Shown here: piece by piece, positions 29,224-44,404 of the stretch
Layout: the number at the start of each line of letters is the position of its first letter
Numbering within the stretch: the stretch's first letter is position 1
Program-made: the position numbers and the translations under genes
From: Eledone cirrhosa
Lineage: Eukaryota
DNA length: 64,000 bases
Reading direction: 5' to 3'
Assembly: GCA_964016885.1 (NCBI GenBank)
Contig: OZ024742.1
Location: 189,162,001 to 189,226,000 of the forward strand
The notes under the pieces: generated by a model
Databases searched by the model: none
What the model was told of the DNA's origin: nothing
The model's input: only the letters and a program-made list of their open reading frames with translations

Positions 29224-30092
29224 TGTGCATCCCTGCATCCCACAGAAATCTCATTCCTAAATATATATAAAATCTTCTATATTTATATCACGAATTCTTC
29301 ACAGATTCCTCTGCCATTTCCAATAAAATTATACGTTTATAAAAAAAAAATGCCCTGCCCTAAGAAAAGGATAGAGCAAATGTTATATTTGAAATGTACC
29401 TCAGTCGGTTTCAACGATGAGTTTGCCAGCTCGTTGAATTAACTTGGGCCTGGGCACTCCACAGACTCATGTACCCTTAACGTAATTCGAAGGAAAATGA
29501 AATGAGACATAGTGTGTGACAAGACTGACCTAGTGTTTATAACTACACGTTGCTCAATCCGTGACAAAGGTAAAAGAATTTGCCTATGATGCCACGACGA
29601 GCCCGAATATTTACAAATTTCTTCACCATTCGGCGATGCTGCGTTCAGAATTTAGCCTATTACCAACTTTGGGGTCTTGAATCTAGCATCTAAGCCTGGG
29701 CCATTAACCAGATGTGAGTAGGGTCGGGGCTGCATGTTATGTCTAGCATGGGAATATTGCCATCTTCGTTAAGGGCTTGCTTGTGTGGCTCATTACGCTA
29801 AACAATGATTTAAATCAAATTCATGTTTTTACCAACATGATCGTGACCCCCATCCAGAACTGTTTCAACAGTGTATGCATGCAACAACTACACTTGCTAA
29901 GAACTTGATTTAGTATATGATAAAAAAGAAAACTGTTATTTTCCTCATCTCGTAGCCTAATGTATCCGACAGTTCATCTTATTAAATTGAATAAATTCAG
30001 ATGTTTACTCTTGAGGTTCACAAATCTATTAAGGTTGGCATAGCTGACTACTTCAGACATATCAATTTGAGAGCATTACACACACACTCACA

Positions 30093-30198
<106 letters not shown>

Positions 30199-30330
30199 TG
30201 TAGGAGGTGAGTTTTATTGTAGTACAATAAAGCAATGCAGATATCGGATAAGAAGCACTCTACAGTTTGTAGGACTGGAGTATACATAACATAATATATA
30301 AGATCAAAAGATGGTTAAAAGAGTTCCATG

Positions 30331-30400
30331 TATTTTATTATGCGCATTTCAAAAACAAATATCATCTGCAATAACATTTGCGTTTTCATCAGATAAAATA
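30331..30400 (-). ncRNA. Intact type I hammerhead ribozyme, family B (fold-back element ~30203-30527)
   Basis: Reverse complement: TATTTTAT-CTGATGA-AAACGCAAATGT..ATATTTGTTTTT-GAAA-TGCGCA-TA-ATAAAATA. Confidence 0.85.
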
Positions 30401-30534
30401 GGAAGACATGATATGAAGGTTAAAAACACTTGTGGATAGTGCAGTTTTAAATCAATATTTGTTTTTGAAATGCGCATAATAAAATACATGGAACTCTTTT
30501 AACCATCTTTTGATCTTATATATTATATATATAT

Positions 30535-31057
30535 ATAAAAGTTAAATCAATGAAATAAAAAATCAAGTCATTAGAGATATACTTCACTGCTTTACGATCG
30601 TTTCTAGATGGTGATAATACATTGTATCTATACTCAGTTATTGATCTATGTACGTTTACAAACTATCAGATAGAGAGAATATTTACTTACATGCATATCA
30701 CCAGCTCTTTTCAAAAGCAATAATAATTTTATTCAATAATAATTTTGAGTAAAATTATTATTGCTTTTGAAAAGAGCTGGTGATATGCATGTAAGTAAAT
30801 ATTCTCTCTAAACGTACATAGATCAATAACGAGTATAGATACAATGTATTATCACCATCTAGAAACGATCGTAAAGCAGTGAAGTATATCTCTAATGACT
30901 TGATTTTTTATTTCATTGTTTTAACTTATATCATGTCTCTGTTTTCCTTTTAATGTTTTATTGTTTTCTGAGATATATCTTAACCTACAACATTTTCTAC
31001 ATATAGTTTACATCGAGTTCTTCATGCAGAATAGACCCCCCAGCTTACAGTGGATAC

Positions 31058-31063
<6 letters not shown>
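30535..31063. mobile_element. Fold-back element family F (about 190-bp arms plus tail); single-arm copy at 39418-39765
   Basis: Arms centred near 30742. HHR-shaped TGCTT-TTGAAAA...GAAA-CGATCG-TA-AAGCA at 30762-30878. Confidence 0.75.
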
Positions 31064-31122
<59 letters not shown>

Positions 31123-31125
<3 letters not shown>

Positions 31126-31229
31126 GGTGTCCCATAAAATGTATACTAACTCTTCAACAGCATTCTAACAAATATTGCCTGTAATGATATGTATCAAAAT
31201 GTGCATGCATTTTGGTGGGGGACACCCTG
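31123..31229. mobile_element. Tc1/mariner-like MITE
   Basis: TA-CAGGGTGTCCC...GGGACACCCTG; homologous to 12981-13079. Confidence 0.75.
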
Positions 31230-31272
31230 CATATAAATAGTTGTGTATGTGGTATACATTTTTTTATATACC

Positions 31273-31314
<42 letters not shown>

Positions 31315-31447
31315 GTGTGTGTGGATACATACATATATACACACATACTCACACAAATGTGTGAGTTTGTCTGTGAGTTTATGTGTGTGTAAATGTGATT
31401 GTGTCTAAGTAGTATAACTGCTAGATATAGCTATCTAACATTGTATC

Positions 31448-32799
<1,352 letters not shown>

Positions 32800-32814
32800 T
32801 ATCAATCTACCTTC

Positions 32815-32903
<89 letters not shown>

Positions 32904-33049
32904 GATGGATAATGTTAATATAAAGATTGGTGTGTTCATGCACAAAGATACTATAAAAAATGGTTATAAAATAAAATAGGGTCAGGACTCTTAAAGATGA
33001 AAAGAGAAATTGCCATCGGCCGCCTGTCTGTCTATCTACCTGTCTAGTG

Positions 33050-34371
33050 CAACCTATCCTTGAAAGGTCGAGTGGAGGTGGCGAACACTTTCATAGCGTC
33101 CGTCATCTACTACCGCTTCACCGTCATGCCTTGTCCCCGTGAACACCTCACCAAGATGGAACGCATGCTCTTCCAGTTCCCTTGGAAGAAGCAGGCGCCA
33201 CTGGTGAGGAGATCCGTCTGCTGTCAGCACCCTTCCAACGGAGGGCTGGGAATGCCGTGGCTGAGTCTACGGCAAACATGCGTTGAGGCCACGGCATCTA
33301 CAGGTATTCCTCACCGACCCCCAACCGGTGTGGGGACCGTTTGTGAGACAGCCCTTCCCGCAACTTGTCTCGCTGATGGAGCTGCAGTCCTGGGTCAAGC
33401 GGCGACCGAAGAAGATAGGCGCCTGGCACATTGAATGCACTCAGGCGCTCACAGTCCTCTGTCAAGCGGGCACAGCAATCAGTGGAGACTCCACTTCAAC
33501 ATTCTATAGAGGGATTGTACGTTACAAGGGCGTCGACGTGCTCGGAGAGACTCTGGGCGTCGAAGACGATGAGCTCACCAGTCTGTTTGGTAGGACTTTC
33601 CGCCCGGGACCTATGGACAACTTCCAGAGGTCCCTGGCCTGGCAGTGCTATCGAGGAGCTCTACCGGTTCGTGACAAGATCTACAGGCACGGACGCTCTG
33701 GCAGGGATCCTTCCAAGAGGACGTGTCCAAGATGTGCGCAGGACATTGAAACAGTCTTGCACGCAATTGTACACTTCCCGGGCGTAACCGACCCCTGGAA
33801 CTACGCAGAACAGCTGGTGTCGCGTATTAGACAAATCCAGTTGACTGCCGAGTCCATAGTAAGGATCAAACTGCCAACTTCTTTCAAAAACGAAAGAGAG
33901 GCGGTTTTCCTCTGTATAGTGGCTATGGTGGAAGAGGTTATATGGTGGACGAGATTGAGAGGACTGAGGGCAGATGCCTTTCTCTCCGGACAACAACTCA
34001 TTCCCTTCTTTAGGTACCACTTTAGAAGGAGAATCAGAGTGAAGAGAGAGGCACCCCAGTAAATTTACTGAAAGGTGGGTGAATGTGGAAAGAATGGCCC
34101 GAGTGATTGGGCCTTCTCTGTAAATAAACCTGTAGGTTGAAGAAGAGAGCAAAAGAGAGAAAGGAGCACTTGCACAACACGCTCCTGAAGTAGAGGGTTG
34201 TTCTATCTACGGGGTATTAAACAACCCATTTGTGGCGCCTCCCCCCTATTGGGGATTTCGATTGTTATATTTGTTTGTTTCATATTTTTACATGATTGTA
34301 TGTAAAATTCCCGGCATGTGTCCTTGTTTGTACCCTTTTCTTGTGCGCCCCTTTGGCTAATAAAGAAATAT
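33050..34371 (+). mobile_element. 5'-truncated Tx1/L1-clade LINE, copy 1
   Basis: LSLKGR..GGLGMP..CPRC..ETVLH (zf-RVT), frameshifted; 3' UTR ends AATAAAGAAAT. Confidence 0.85.
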
Positions 34372-34373
34372 AT

Positions 34374-34740
34374 AGGAAAGTGAGAGTGAAGAGAGAGGTG
34401 CTACACTACAGTAAATTCGTTGAAAGGTGGGTAAATGTGGCGAAAATGGCCCGAAATGGGCCTTCTCTGTATATAAACCTGTAGGTTGAGGAAGATAAAC
34501 AGAGGGAAGACGGGAACACCTACAAAACGTGTTCCTGGTGTTGAGGGTTGTTCTATCTACGAGGTGTAAAACAACCCCGCAGTAACGTTCCCCCTATGGG
34601 GACTCACGATTGTTATTTCATTTTATATATAGGTTATTGTTATTTGTTAATGTTAAAGTTATATGCTTTTTATGTAAAAACCCCGCCGTCACGTCTTGTA
34701 ATGTCCCATTTTTGTACGCCCTTGTGGCAAATAAAGAAAG
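34374..34740 (+). mobile_element. Short Tx1-like 3' end (diverged subfamily)
   Basis: RKVRVKREVLH.SKFVERWVNVAKMAR plus a homologous 3' UTR. Confidence 0.75.
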
Positions 34741-34774
34741 ATATCTACTTGTCTATTTGGCTGTCTATCTGTTA

Positions 34775-36095
34775 ACTGTTCTTGAAAGGTCGAGCGGAGG
34801 TGGCGAACACTTTCATAGCGTCCGTCATCTACTACCGCTTGACTGTCGTGCCTTGTCCCCGTGAACACCTCGCCAAGATGGAACGCATGCTCTTCCAGTT
34901 TCTGTGGAAGAAGCAGGCTCCGCTGGTGAGGATATCCGTCTGCTGTCAGCACCCTTCCAACGGAGGGCTGGGAATGCCGTGGCTGATGATGCGCAAACAT
35001 GCGTTGAGGCTGCGGCATCTCCAGGTATTCCTCACCGACCCCCAACCGGTGTGGGCACCGTTTGTGAGACAGGCTTTCCCACAGCTCGTCTCGCTAACGG
35101 AGATGCAGTCCTGGGTGAAGAAAAGACCGAAAACGATGGGCGCCTGGCACATTGAATGCGCTCAGGCGCTCACAGTCCTCTGGCAAGCGGGCGCAGCAAT
35201 CAGTGGAGACTCCACTTCAACATTCTATAGAGGGATTGTACGTTACAAGGGCGACGACGTGCTCGGAGAGACTCTGGGCGTCGAAGACGATGAGCTCACC
35301 AGTCTGTTTGGTAGGACTTTCCGCCCGGGACCTATGGACAACTTCCAGAGGTCCCTGGCCTGGCAGTGCTACCGAGGAGCTCTACCGGTTCGTGACAAGA
35401 TCTACAGGCACGGACGCTCTGGCAGGGATCCTTCCAAGAGGACGTGTCCAAGATGTGCGCAGGACATTGAAACAGTTCTGCACGCAATTGTACACTGCCC
35501 GGGCGTAAGCGACTTGTGGAACTATGCAGAACAACTGCTGTAGCGTATGGGACAAATACAGTTGACTGCCGAGTTCATAGTAAGGATCAAACCGCCAGAC
35601 TCTTTCAAAAACGAAAGAGAGGCGGTTTTCCTCTGTATAGTGGCTATGGTGAAAGAAGTTATATGGTGGACGAGGTTGAGAGGACTGAGGACAGATGCCT
35701 TTCTCTCCGGACAACAATTGATTCCCTTCTTTAAGTATCACTTTAGAAGGAGAATCAGGGTGGAGAGAGAGGCACTGCACCCCAGTAAATTTACTGAAAG
35801 GTGGGTGAATGAAGCGAAAATGGCCCGAGTGATTGGGCCTTCTCTGTTTATAAGCCTGTAGGTTGAGGAAGAGAGCAAAAGGAAGAAAGGAGCACTTGCA
35901 CAACACGCTCCTCGAGTTGAGGGTTGTTCTATCGACGGGGTATTAAACAAGCCATTTGTGGAGCCTCCCCCCTATTGGGGATTTCGATTGTTGAATTTGT
36001 TTGTTTTTATATTTTTTACACGACTGTATGTAAAATCCCCGGCATGTCTTTGTATTGTCCCCTTTCTTGTTTCGCCCTTGTGGCTAATAAAGAAA
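34775..36095 (+). mobile_element. 5'-truncated Tx1/L1-clade LINE, copy 2
   Basis: ORFs 34782-35543 and 35547-35861 (one internal stop); close homologue of copy 1; (TCTA)-like flanks. Confidence 0.85.
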
Positions 36096-36306
36096 TCTAT
36101 CTGTTTACCTGTCTATCTGTAAAACTATAACTTACTATGCATATTTACCAATGTACTTTTCTATCAAGAACAACAATAATACGAATAAGTCATCAAGAAT
36201 TCAAATAGCAATCCAGAGAGATGGATATCCAGAGAGACTGAGATAGCTAGGTAGATAAAAGGATAGCACAACAGAGATAGAAAGATAGATAGATAGATAG
36301 ATAGAT

Positions 36307-36806
36307 ATGTTTCTTTATTAGCCACAGGGGCACAAAAGAAGAGGACAAATACAAAGGGGGAAGTTTACATACAATAAAATCGTGTAAAATGTTATCACAA
36401 ATGCAATTTAAAAAATTAGTCGATTTTCCCCCAATAGGGGGAGACAGTTCATATGGGTAACACATACCCCCGAAAAAATGTGCAACCCTCATCTCCAGGA
36501 GTACGAAGAGTTTCTACTCCTTTCCTCTTCTCCTCCTTTTCCTATACCTACAGGCTGATATAGAGAGAAGGCCCATTCACTCGGGCCACTCTCGCCACTT
36601 TCACCCACCTTTCATAAAACTTGCTGGGGTACAGCACTTCTCTCTCCATCCTGATTCTTCTTCCAAAGTGATATTTGAAAAAAAAGATCCAGTTGTTGGC
36701 CGGAGAGAAAGGTGTCTGACCTCAGCCCTTTCAACATTGTCCACCATACAACCTCTTTCGCCATAGCTATCACACAAAGGAAAACCGCCTATAGTCCTGA
36801 GAACCA
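36307..36806 (-). mobile_element. Inverted Tx1-like 3' end next to (GATA)n
   Basis: Reverse complement is homologous to the 3' end of copies 1 and 2. Confidence 0.75.
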
Positions 36807-36996
36807 AGTATGTGTGTATGTGTATGCGTGTGAGTGAGAGAGTGAATAAAAGTGGAGACCTGCAGATAAATATCTTCAATTATATGTTTATGGTCGTAGG
36901 TTTAACGATTTTACAAGTGAAGGATTTCAAAATCAACCAAAACAACTTACTAAAGAAAAAAGAAAATTGTATGTATGACAGCCCTACCTGCTTGTC

Positions 36997-37033
<37 letters not shown>

Positions 37034-37195
37034 AACATGGGGAGAAGAATACTGCATGGTTGCACATGGATTACATATTATAAAATTAGTCCCTCATCAG
37101 TGATTTGCCAACCATCATTGGTATTTCATCAAGGTATTAGATTAACAATCAAAATTGAAACAACAAAGTCAAGTTACTTTAACTATTCATATTAT

Positions 37196-37318
37196 CGTTT
37201 TACGATCGTTTCGGTGGATCGATCATATTGTCATATTGTCTGATCTATAGCAGTTATATAACTGTATACTAACAGATCTCATATATTGGTTCGATCAGAC
37301 CGTCTTCTTCGGAAACAT
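37196..37318 (-). ncRNA. Hammerhead motif with CCGAAGA core in fold-back family G (arms 37132-37228 and 37324-37421)
   Basis: Reverse complement: TGTTT-CCGAAGA-long stem II-C-GAAA-CGATCG-TA-AAACG. Confidence 0.6.
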
Positions 37319-37704
37319 TGATTAATATGTTCGACCCTCCGAAACGATCGTAAAACAATGATATGAATAGGTAAAATAACTTGACTTTATTGTTTTCATT
37401 TTCATTGTTAAATTAATACCTAATATCTGACTCTGTATCTAAGGAATTAACTCAGTGGAGCATGGAACTTCTCTATGGATTTCACTGAATTACTCGTCAT
37501 TGGATTATATTAAGTTCTATCTACGGTACGGACCCTACCACCAGGGGTAGACCACACTGCAAAAAAAATATATATATATATATATATACATACTATTAAT
37601 AATGAGTTCAAACCTCAGGCAGTCCTTTACAATGAAAAAGCTCAAAGAAATATTTCCGAGCCGTGTAATACAAGTTAATATAAATTAATTTATATAAATA
37701 TATA

Positions 37705-37800
<96 letters not shown>

Positions 37801-37919
37801 TATTTATATATATATATATATAATGTATGTATGTAAAAGGTAAACAGAAATAGCAAATCAAACGACACAGTACGTTGAAGAAATATAGTAATTTAATGCT
37901 TAAAATTACACCAAGAGAG

Positions 37920-37955
37920 TCTGAACGTTTCGGACACTAGTCCTTCATCAGAAGA
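37920..37955 (-). ncRNA. Minimal hammerhead ribozyme, family A (element ~37835-38075)
   Basis: Reverse complement: TCTT-CTGATGA-A-GGAC tagt GTCC-GAAA-CGT-T-CAGA. Confidence 0.7.
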
Positions 37956-38167
37956 TAGAGTTAGAAATAGAAGATAAATAGAGAGAAATGAATGGTAAGA
38001 GGAAGGAACAGAGAAATATGAAGAAAAAAAGTGCGGAGGATAAAAACACAAGTGCGTATTCAGTAATCAATAGTGTATATATATGTAATATATGTATATG
38101 TATGGTAGTTATTAGTGGTGAGTAGACTGCTTGGAGTAATGTCGGTCTTATTTACATATATAATGTA

Positions 38168-38762
38168 TAATTGTTTCTACTTTTGGCACAAGACCATCAA
38201 TTATCCCAGTGTATTACTGGTGCTTTATTTTATCGACCCCGTAAGGATGAAAGGCAAAGCTAACCTCGGCGGGATTTGAACTCAGACCATAAAGGGTCGT
38301 AACTCTTTGCTGCAAAGCATGGCGTCCGACCCTCTACCGATACTGCCAATCCATATAATGTATAATAATTGTTTCTACTTTAGGCACAAGGCCAGCAATT
38401 TGAATGGGAGGGAAAAGTCGATTATATCGACCACTGTACATTACTGGCGCTTTATTTTATCGACCCCGTAAGGAGGAAAGGCAAAGCTAACCTCGGCGGG
38501 ATTTGAACACAGAATGTAAAGGGTCATAACTCTATGCTGCAAAGCATAGAATCTGATGCTCTATCGATAATTGTTTCTACTTTTTGTACAAGGCCAGCAA
38601 TTACCCAGTACATTACTGGTACTTTATTTTATCGACCCTGTAAGGATGAAAGGCAAAGTTAACCTCGGCGGGATTTGAACTCAGAATGGCAAGGGCCGTA
38701 ACTCCATGCGTCAAAGCATGGCGTCCGACCCTCTACCGTTACTGCCAACGATAATGCCAATC
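38168..38762 (-). mobile_element. Three tandem tRNA-derived SINE copies (octopus OK-like family)
   Basis: B-box GAGTTCAAATCCC followed by GCCGAGGTTAACTTTGCCTTTCATCCTTACGGGGTCGATAAAATAAAGTACCAG. Other copies at 5012-5200, 27705-27787, 42008-42180 and 44650-44818. Confidence 0.85.
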
Positions 38763-39760
38763 CACGATGTATATTAATTAATATGTAAAAGACATTGGGT
38801 AATGTCATTCATTCTTTCTTGTTATAAACGTATTGTGCAGTTAACTGTGTCAGCTTCTATTTAAATCAATTCTGAACAGACTGGTGATTGATCTGTTCGA
38901 TATGTGTGTGACTACATACCGTTCCGACATTGTTGTATTCGTATTCAGTAAACTCACACTCGTACATCTACAGTTACCTGACACCGGCCTCTCTCTCCAT
39001 CTCTCACTTATAAAATAAAGTACCAGTAATGCAATGGGTATTTGCTGGCCTGGTGCCAAAAGTAGAAACAATTAACTTATTATAATTTTCATCTTTTAAT
39101 ATACTATCTTTCCTAGCCATAACCTTAATTTATATTACCCTAAAAACTCAATACAACACTAATCACCATTTATTTTGACATTCCTTTTAAACTTCACTAT
39201 ACCAGATATATCCAACTATCAGTTTGACAATCCTTTTCCTCCTAATAGATTTTTATGCCAATTCTACTATTAACACCCTTCAACCATTCCTTTCAAAGGG
39301 TCATGACCTCAACTAAAGTGTATTACTTTTCGTCTTAACACCATAAGAAAAAACAATTTGATTCGTTAGTTCTTCAACTATCCCCAAATAAGGACATGAT
39401 ACTAACATACTACTAATTCTGAATAAAATTATTATTGCTTTTGAAAACACTTGGTGATATGCATGTATGCATGTAAGTAAATATTCTCTTTATTTGATAG
39501 TTTATAACTAATCTTACATAGATCAATAACGGAGTATAGCTACAATGTATTATCATCATCTAGAAACGATCGTAAAGCAGTGAAGTATATCTCTAATGAC
39601 TTGATTTTTTTATTTCATTGATTTAACTTATATCATGACTCTGTTTTCCTTTTAATGTTTTATTGTTTTCAGGGATTTATCTTAACCTACAACATTTTCA
39701 ACATATGGATTACATTGAGTTCTTCATGCAGAATAGACCCCACAACATACTATGGATACC

Positions 39761-39863
<103 letters not shown>

Positions 39864-40015
39864 AAATGGAATAGATCAATAGAGAAACTATTAGTATTTT
39901 GTACCTATATACAGAGTAAATATACATACTTAAAGATGGTTTACTTACATATTATTTACCCTCAATTGTCTATTGATATATATATTTTTTATATGTACAA
40001 TTGGTTAAACTTCTG

Positions 40016-40073
<58 letters not shown>

Positions 40074-40112
40074 CATTCATACATACATTCATACATACCT
40101 ATGCATACATAC

Positions 40113-40169
<57 letters not shown>

Positions 40170-40649
40170 AATAAATATATATATATACTATATTTAGGTT
40201 TAATCGATACATATAAAAGATATATCGGTTATGTTTTTCAATATAAAAGGTTCATGACCATTAGTTCAGAGAATCAATTATACAAGTTTAAAACATATAT
40301 ACAAAAGGATATATATCAACATCTTGAAGTAACTGGTTGATATAAGCTGATGATTCATGGGGCTTTTTATTGCAAAACATTATTTATATGTATTGATTGT
40401 ACCTAAAATTAAGCTATATATATATATATATATATATTCATATATATATATGTATGTGTATATATGTATATATGTGTATATATATACATATATTGTTATA
40501 CTTTGGGAGGGTCATGTTGCCAATAAGAAACACACCCACCAGCTGCTTTCACTTCAATTTGTTATAAATTAAATTTATAAATTTAGGAATTTATAAATTT
40601 CGGGTTGGTTGGCTGGTTGGTTCCACAACCAGACGATTGTTTATATATT

Positions 40650-40692
40650 GTCAAAGTTCTTTCGTCACACATTCTGTGACCTCTTCAGTGAC
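40650..40692 (-). ncRNA. Minimal hammerhead ribozyme, family H (element 40491-40914 with inverted arm; truncated copy at 46141-46295)
   Basis: Reverse complement: GTCA-CTGAAGA-G-GTCAC agaatgt GTGAC-GAAA-GAAC-TT-TGAC. Confidence 0.75.
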
Positions 40693-40971
40693 TGGGGATT
40701 CATTTCTTTGTTTTTGTGCTTCTCCTTTGTTCTGTCCTACGCCATCTTGTTTTTGTGTGTGTGTTGTGTGCTTAGTTTGCGCATGTGTTACATCCGAGTG
40801 GCTGTGTGTGTTTATATTTGTTTATATTGACAACATGACCCTCCCAAAGTATAACAATATCGGTTTCAACACACGTTTTCAGATAAAGAATCTTGCTAAA
40901 CAGATTCAGAAACGAAATATATATATATATATTATATTATAATAGGCCGAGAGAGAGTACATATGCACATA

Positions 40972-41119
<148 letters not shown>

Positions 41120-41161
41120 GATAAATCTACCAAGAGTTTACGGTAGTGTCCAATCCGTATG

Positions 41162-41373
<212 letters not shown>

Positions 41374-41379
41374 TGTATA

Positions 41380-41416
<37 letters not shown>

Positions 41417-41419
<3 letters not shown>

Positions 41420-41635
41420 AAGGCGTGTGGCTGAGTGGTTAGAGAATTGGATTCGCAATCGTAAGGTTGTGAGTTCGATTCCTGGACCAGGCGATGCGTT
41501 ATGTCCTTGAGCAAGACACTTTATTTCACGTTGCTCCTTCTACCTGGAGTTGCGACCGATAGATAGTACTAGCAATTGGAAAGACCAACGGAAACATTGT
41601 TCCCTCGGTCCGATTTGACGAAAGTCGATCGTTCC
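41417..41635 (+). mobile_element. tRNA-derived SINE, second family; near-identical inverted copy at 56771-56988
   Basis: A-box TGGCTGAGTGG, B-box GAGTTCGATTCC, then TGTCCTTGAGCAAGACACTT. Confidence 0.85.
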
Positions 41636-41674
<39 letters not shown>

Positions 41675-41839
41675 ATGTATATATATATATAAAGAATTAT
41701 GTACACGTTTGTGTGTGTGTGTGAGTGTGCGTGTCTGAGCGTGTGTGTGGTGTGAGCGAGTGAAAACAAAAAATGCTATGTTCACTTAGTCACTTGGACT
41801 AGGGGGAAACAAGTGAAGAACTGATTTTAATATTTCAAG

Positions 41840-41860
41840 CAAGGGGAGATAAACCAGTAG
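41840..41860 (+). CDS. Possible further 21-nt micro-exon of the host gene
   Basis: TTTTAATATTTCAAG acceptor, TAG|GTAAGG donor, phase 1/1, (A)RGDKPV(G). No motif support. Confidence 0.25.
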   Translation, partial: QGEINQ

Positions 41861-42354
41861 GTAAGGGAAGTAACATTACATCAGTAAGTTCAAGTTCACT
41901 AAATCCCGTGAATATCTAGTATTCATATAAATACATGTCTGTGTGTATGTGCTTGTGTATTTATATGTGTGTGTCTGTCTGTGTGTATGTGTGTGACTGT
42001 GTTTAAAATAATTGTTTCTTCTTTTGGCACAAGGCTAGCAATTATCTCAGTGCATTACTGGTACTTAATTTTGTCGACCCCGTAAGGCAAAGTTAACCTC
42101 AGCGACATTTGAACTCAGGCCGTAAAGGGACCTAACTCTAAGCTGCAAAGCATGCGTCCGACACTCCACTGATACTGCCAAAATAATATTGAAAATTATG
42201 TAATACAACTCATCAAAGATACATGTATAGTACATAGAATAATGTACAAAAGTCAAGAAAGTGAACACACACACACATTCACACGTGTGTACGTGTTCAC
42301 TTTCTTGACTCTATGTGTGTGTGTGTGTGTGTGTGCGTGTGCGTGTGTGTGTGC

Positions 42355-42390
<36 letters not shown>

Positions 42391-42849
42391 GAATTTAAGT
42401 CGATTTGTTGACATAGGCCCAGAGGCCAACGTGAATTATTGATTTCTCTCACCATATATATATATATATATATATATTCAACTAATACATATACTCTAAT
42501 ATACACTCTCTATTGAGTATCCATTCTTCTCTCTGGGTATAAATATGTCTGTATTTGGTTTGTTATTCACACTTTAGTATAACAGTATCAAGCACTATGT
42601 TAAAGACATAACATATACACACTTCTCTGATATTTCTATTTATTTCCTCTGCATAAAAATTTGCAAAGGATTTGATTGCAGTGGATTATCTGAGGGGAAA
42701 TTCATTTAGAGTAGAGGAGACTTTGATAAAGTAAAACAAAACTGAACAACTACTACTATCGAACAACAATGTCTAGATATCTGATCTGTTAACGAAGAGT
42801 ATTATCTGTCTCTGGACATAGCTTTCTCTCCAACGTTAAAAATATATCA

Positions 42850-44137
42850 TACTAGCAGAATGGCTCAGCGTTGCTCTAGGGTTCTTATATATTTGATATA
42901 TATTTATACTTATCGAGCCTCGTGAAATAAATACGTTTGGTCACAGGACCATAAGTATTATATGTGTAAAGTTTGAAAACAATCGGTTGGGTGGTTCTCG
43001 AGTTTTAGGGAGTTGACAGACAGACAGACAGACATTCTCTGTTTTAGATATATAGACTAGCAGAAAACCACCCGGTGGGCGGTTTTCTGCTAGCAAATCT
43101 AGTGTATATACTGATATTGTTGAGATTTGGATGAGAAATGTTTTCGGCACCACATGTTCACCGTCTCTCGGTGTGTCTTTTATGCATGTATAAATATATA
43201 TGTTATCTATACGGTGAAATCTTTGAAATAAATATATGTTAAAACGAAAAAGGAGAAAATAAATAACTGGCGGTTAGAAAAAAATATTCCTATGAAATTT
43301 TAATTATACCATTAGGTGTGAATAAGGAAATATTTTTTTATTGTCAAAACAAATGTTCAAAAGTTAAACTTTAATTTTTTGAATTATTTCCAATTTTTTC
43401 ATGAAATTGAACACTGGACATTGGCTGCTGGAAATTGAAATAAAATCGTATTTAATTGTATTTAAATGTCTAACCTTATTTTAATATTTATATTTTTTCA
43501 ATAAGAAATAAAAAAAAAACAACAAAAAAAATTGAAGAAAAAAATTGAACAAATCAAATGTAGGTTATAGAACTGCGCAATCTGATTAATAAATTACCTC
43601 ATCAGCACCAACCTTCTTCAAATGGTCCTTATTGTCAGCAGCAACAACCACAAATTCAATGGCAACCTTCTTCAAACCACAAATTTAATGGCAACCTTCT
43701 TCAAATAGTCCTTATTATCAGCAGCAACAACCACAAATTCAATGGCAACCTTCTTCAAACCACAAATTCAATGGCAACCTTCTTCGCATGGTGTCAAGTC
43801 AGAACCGCCTCGAACTGGTTACTTCTGGCTTGTGCAAGGTGTCTCTATAGCAACCAGCGATTCCCTCGGCCTCAGTGACCAAAGTCAGTGGAGAGGGGAA
43901 GGTAATGTTTCTATAGCGACAGTGTTTCTCTTGGAGAAAGGAAGGGGAAGGTAATATTTCTGTAGCCCGTGTTTTAGCGTCCATTCACTCTCTCTCTCTC
44001 CCTCTCTCCCTCCCGCCTAACCCCTCTCGTAGTCTGTCTCTTTCTTTCACTCTCACTCTCTCTCTCTACGCACGTGTTTCCACTGTCGGACAGACAGACA
44101 GAGAAATTACTGGTTATATATATATAAGTAGATATAG
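42850..44137 (+). mobile_element. Two adjacent non-autonomous Helentron/DINE-1-like elements (42850-43055 and 43056-44137)
   Basis: ACTAGCAG start, subterminal hairpin, (GACA)n near the 3' end followed by TATATATA(G); internal GGCAACCTTCTTCAAA tandem repeats at 43607-43785. Confidence 0.55.
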
Positions 44138-44314
44138 TTTGACATATAATTGTTACTATACTAGTTAGTTAGTTAAAGCCCATCCTAATCTTAGAGGTTC
44201 ACCAGGCCCTTGCTTGTGATGGTTTCATTGCTATTAAGTGGCTGACGGTAGACAAGACCATTACTCCACCATACACACACACTCACACACTCACACACTC
44301 ACACACTTACACAC

Positions 44315-44404
<90 letters not shown>

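Noticed and set aside
36865-36968. Candidate downstream exon (..FNDFTSEGF..)
   Set aside because: Weak acceptor, and the residues after EG do not fit the DUF5648 pattern.
41417-41492. tRNA gene
   Set aside because: A and B boxes are present but there is no proper acceptor stem, and the sequence continues into a SINE body with a second copy in the window.
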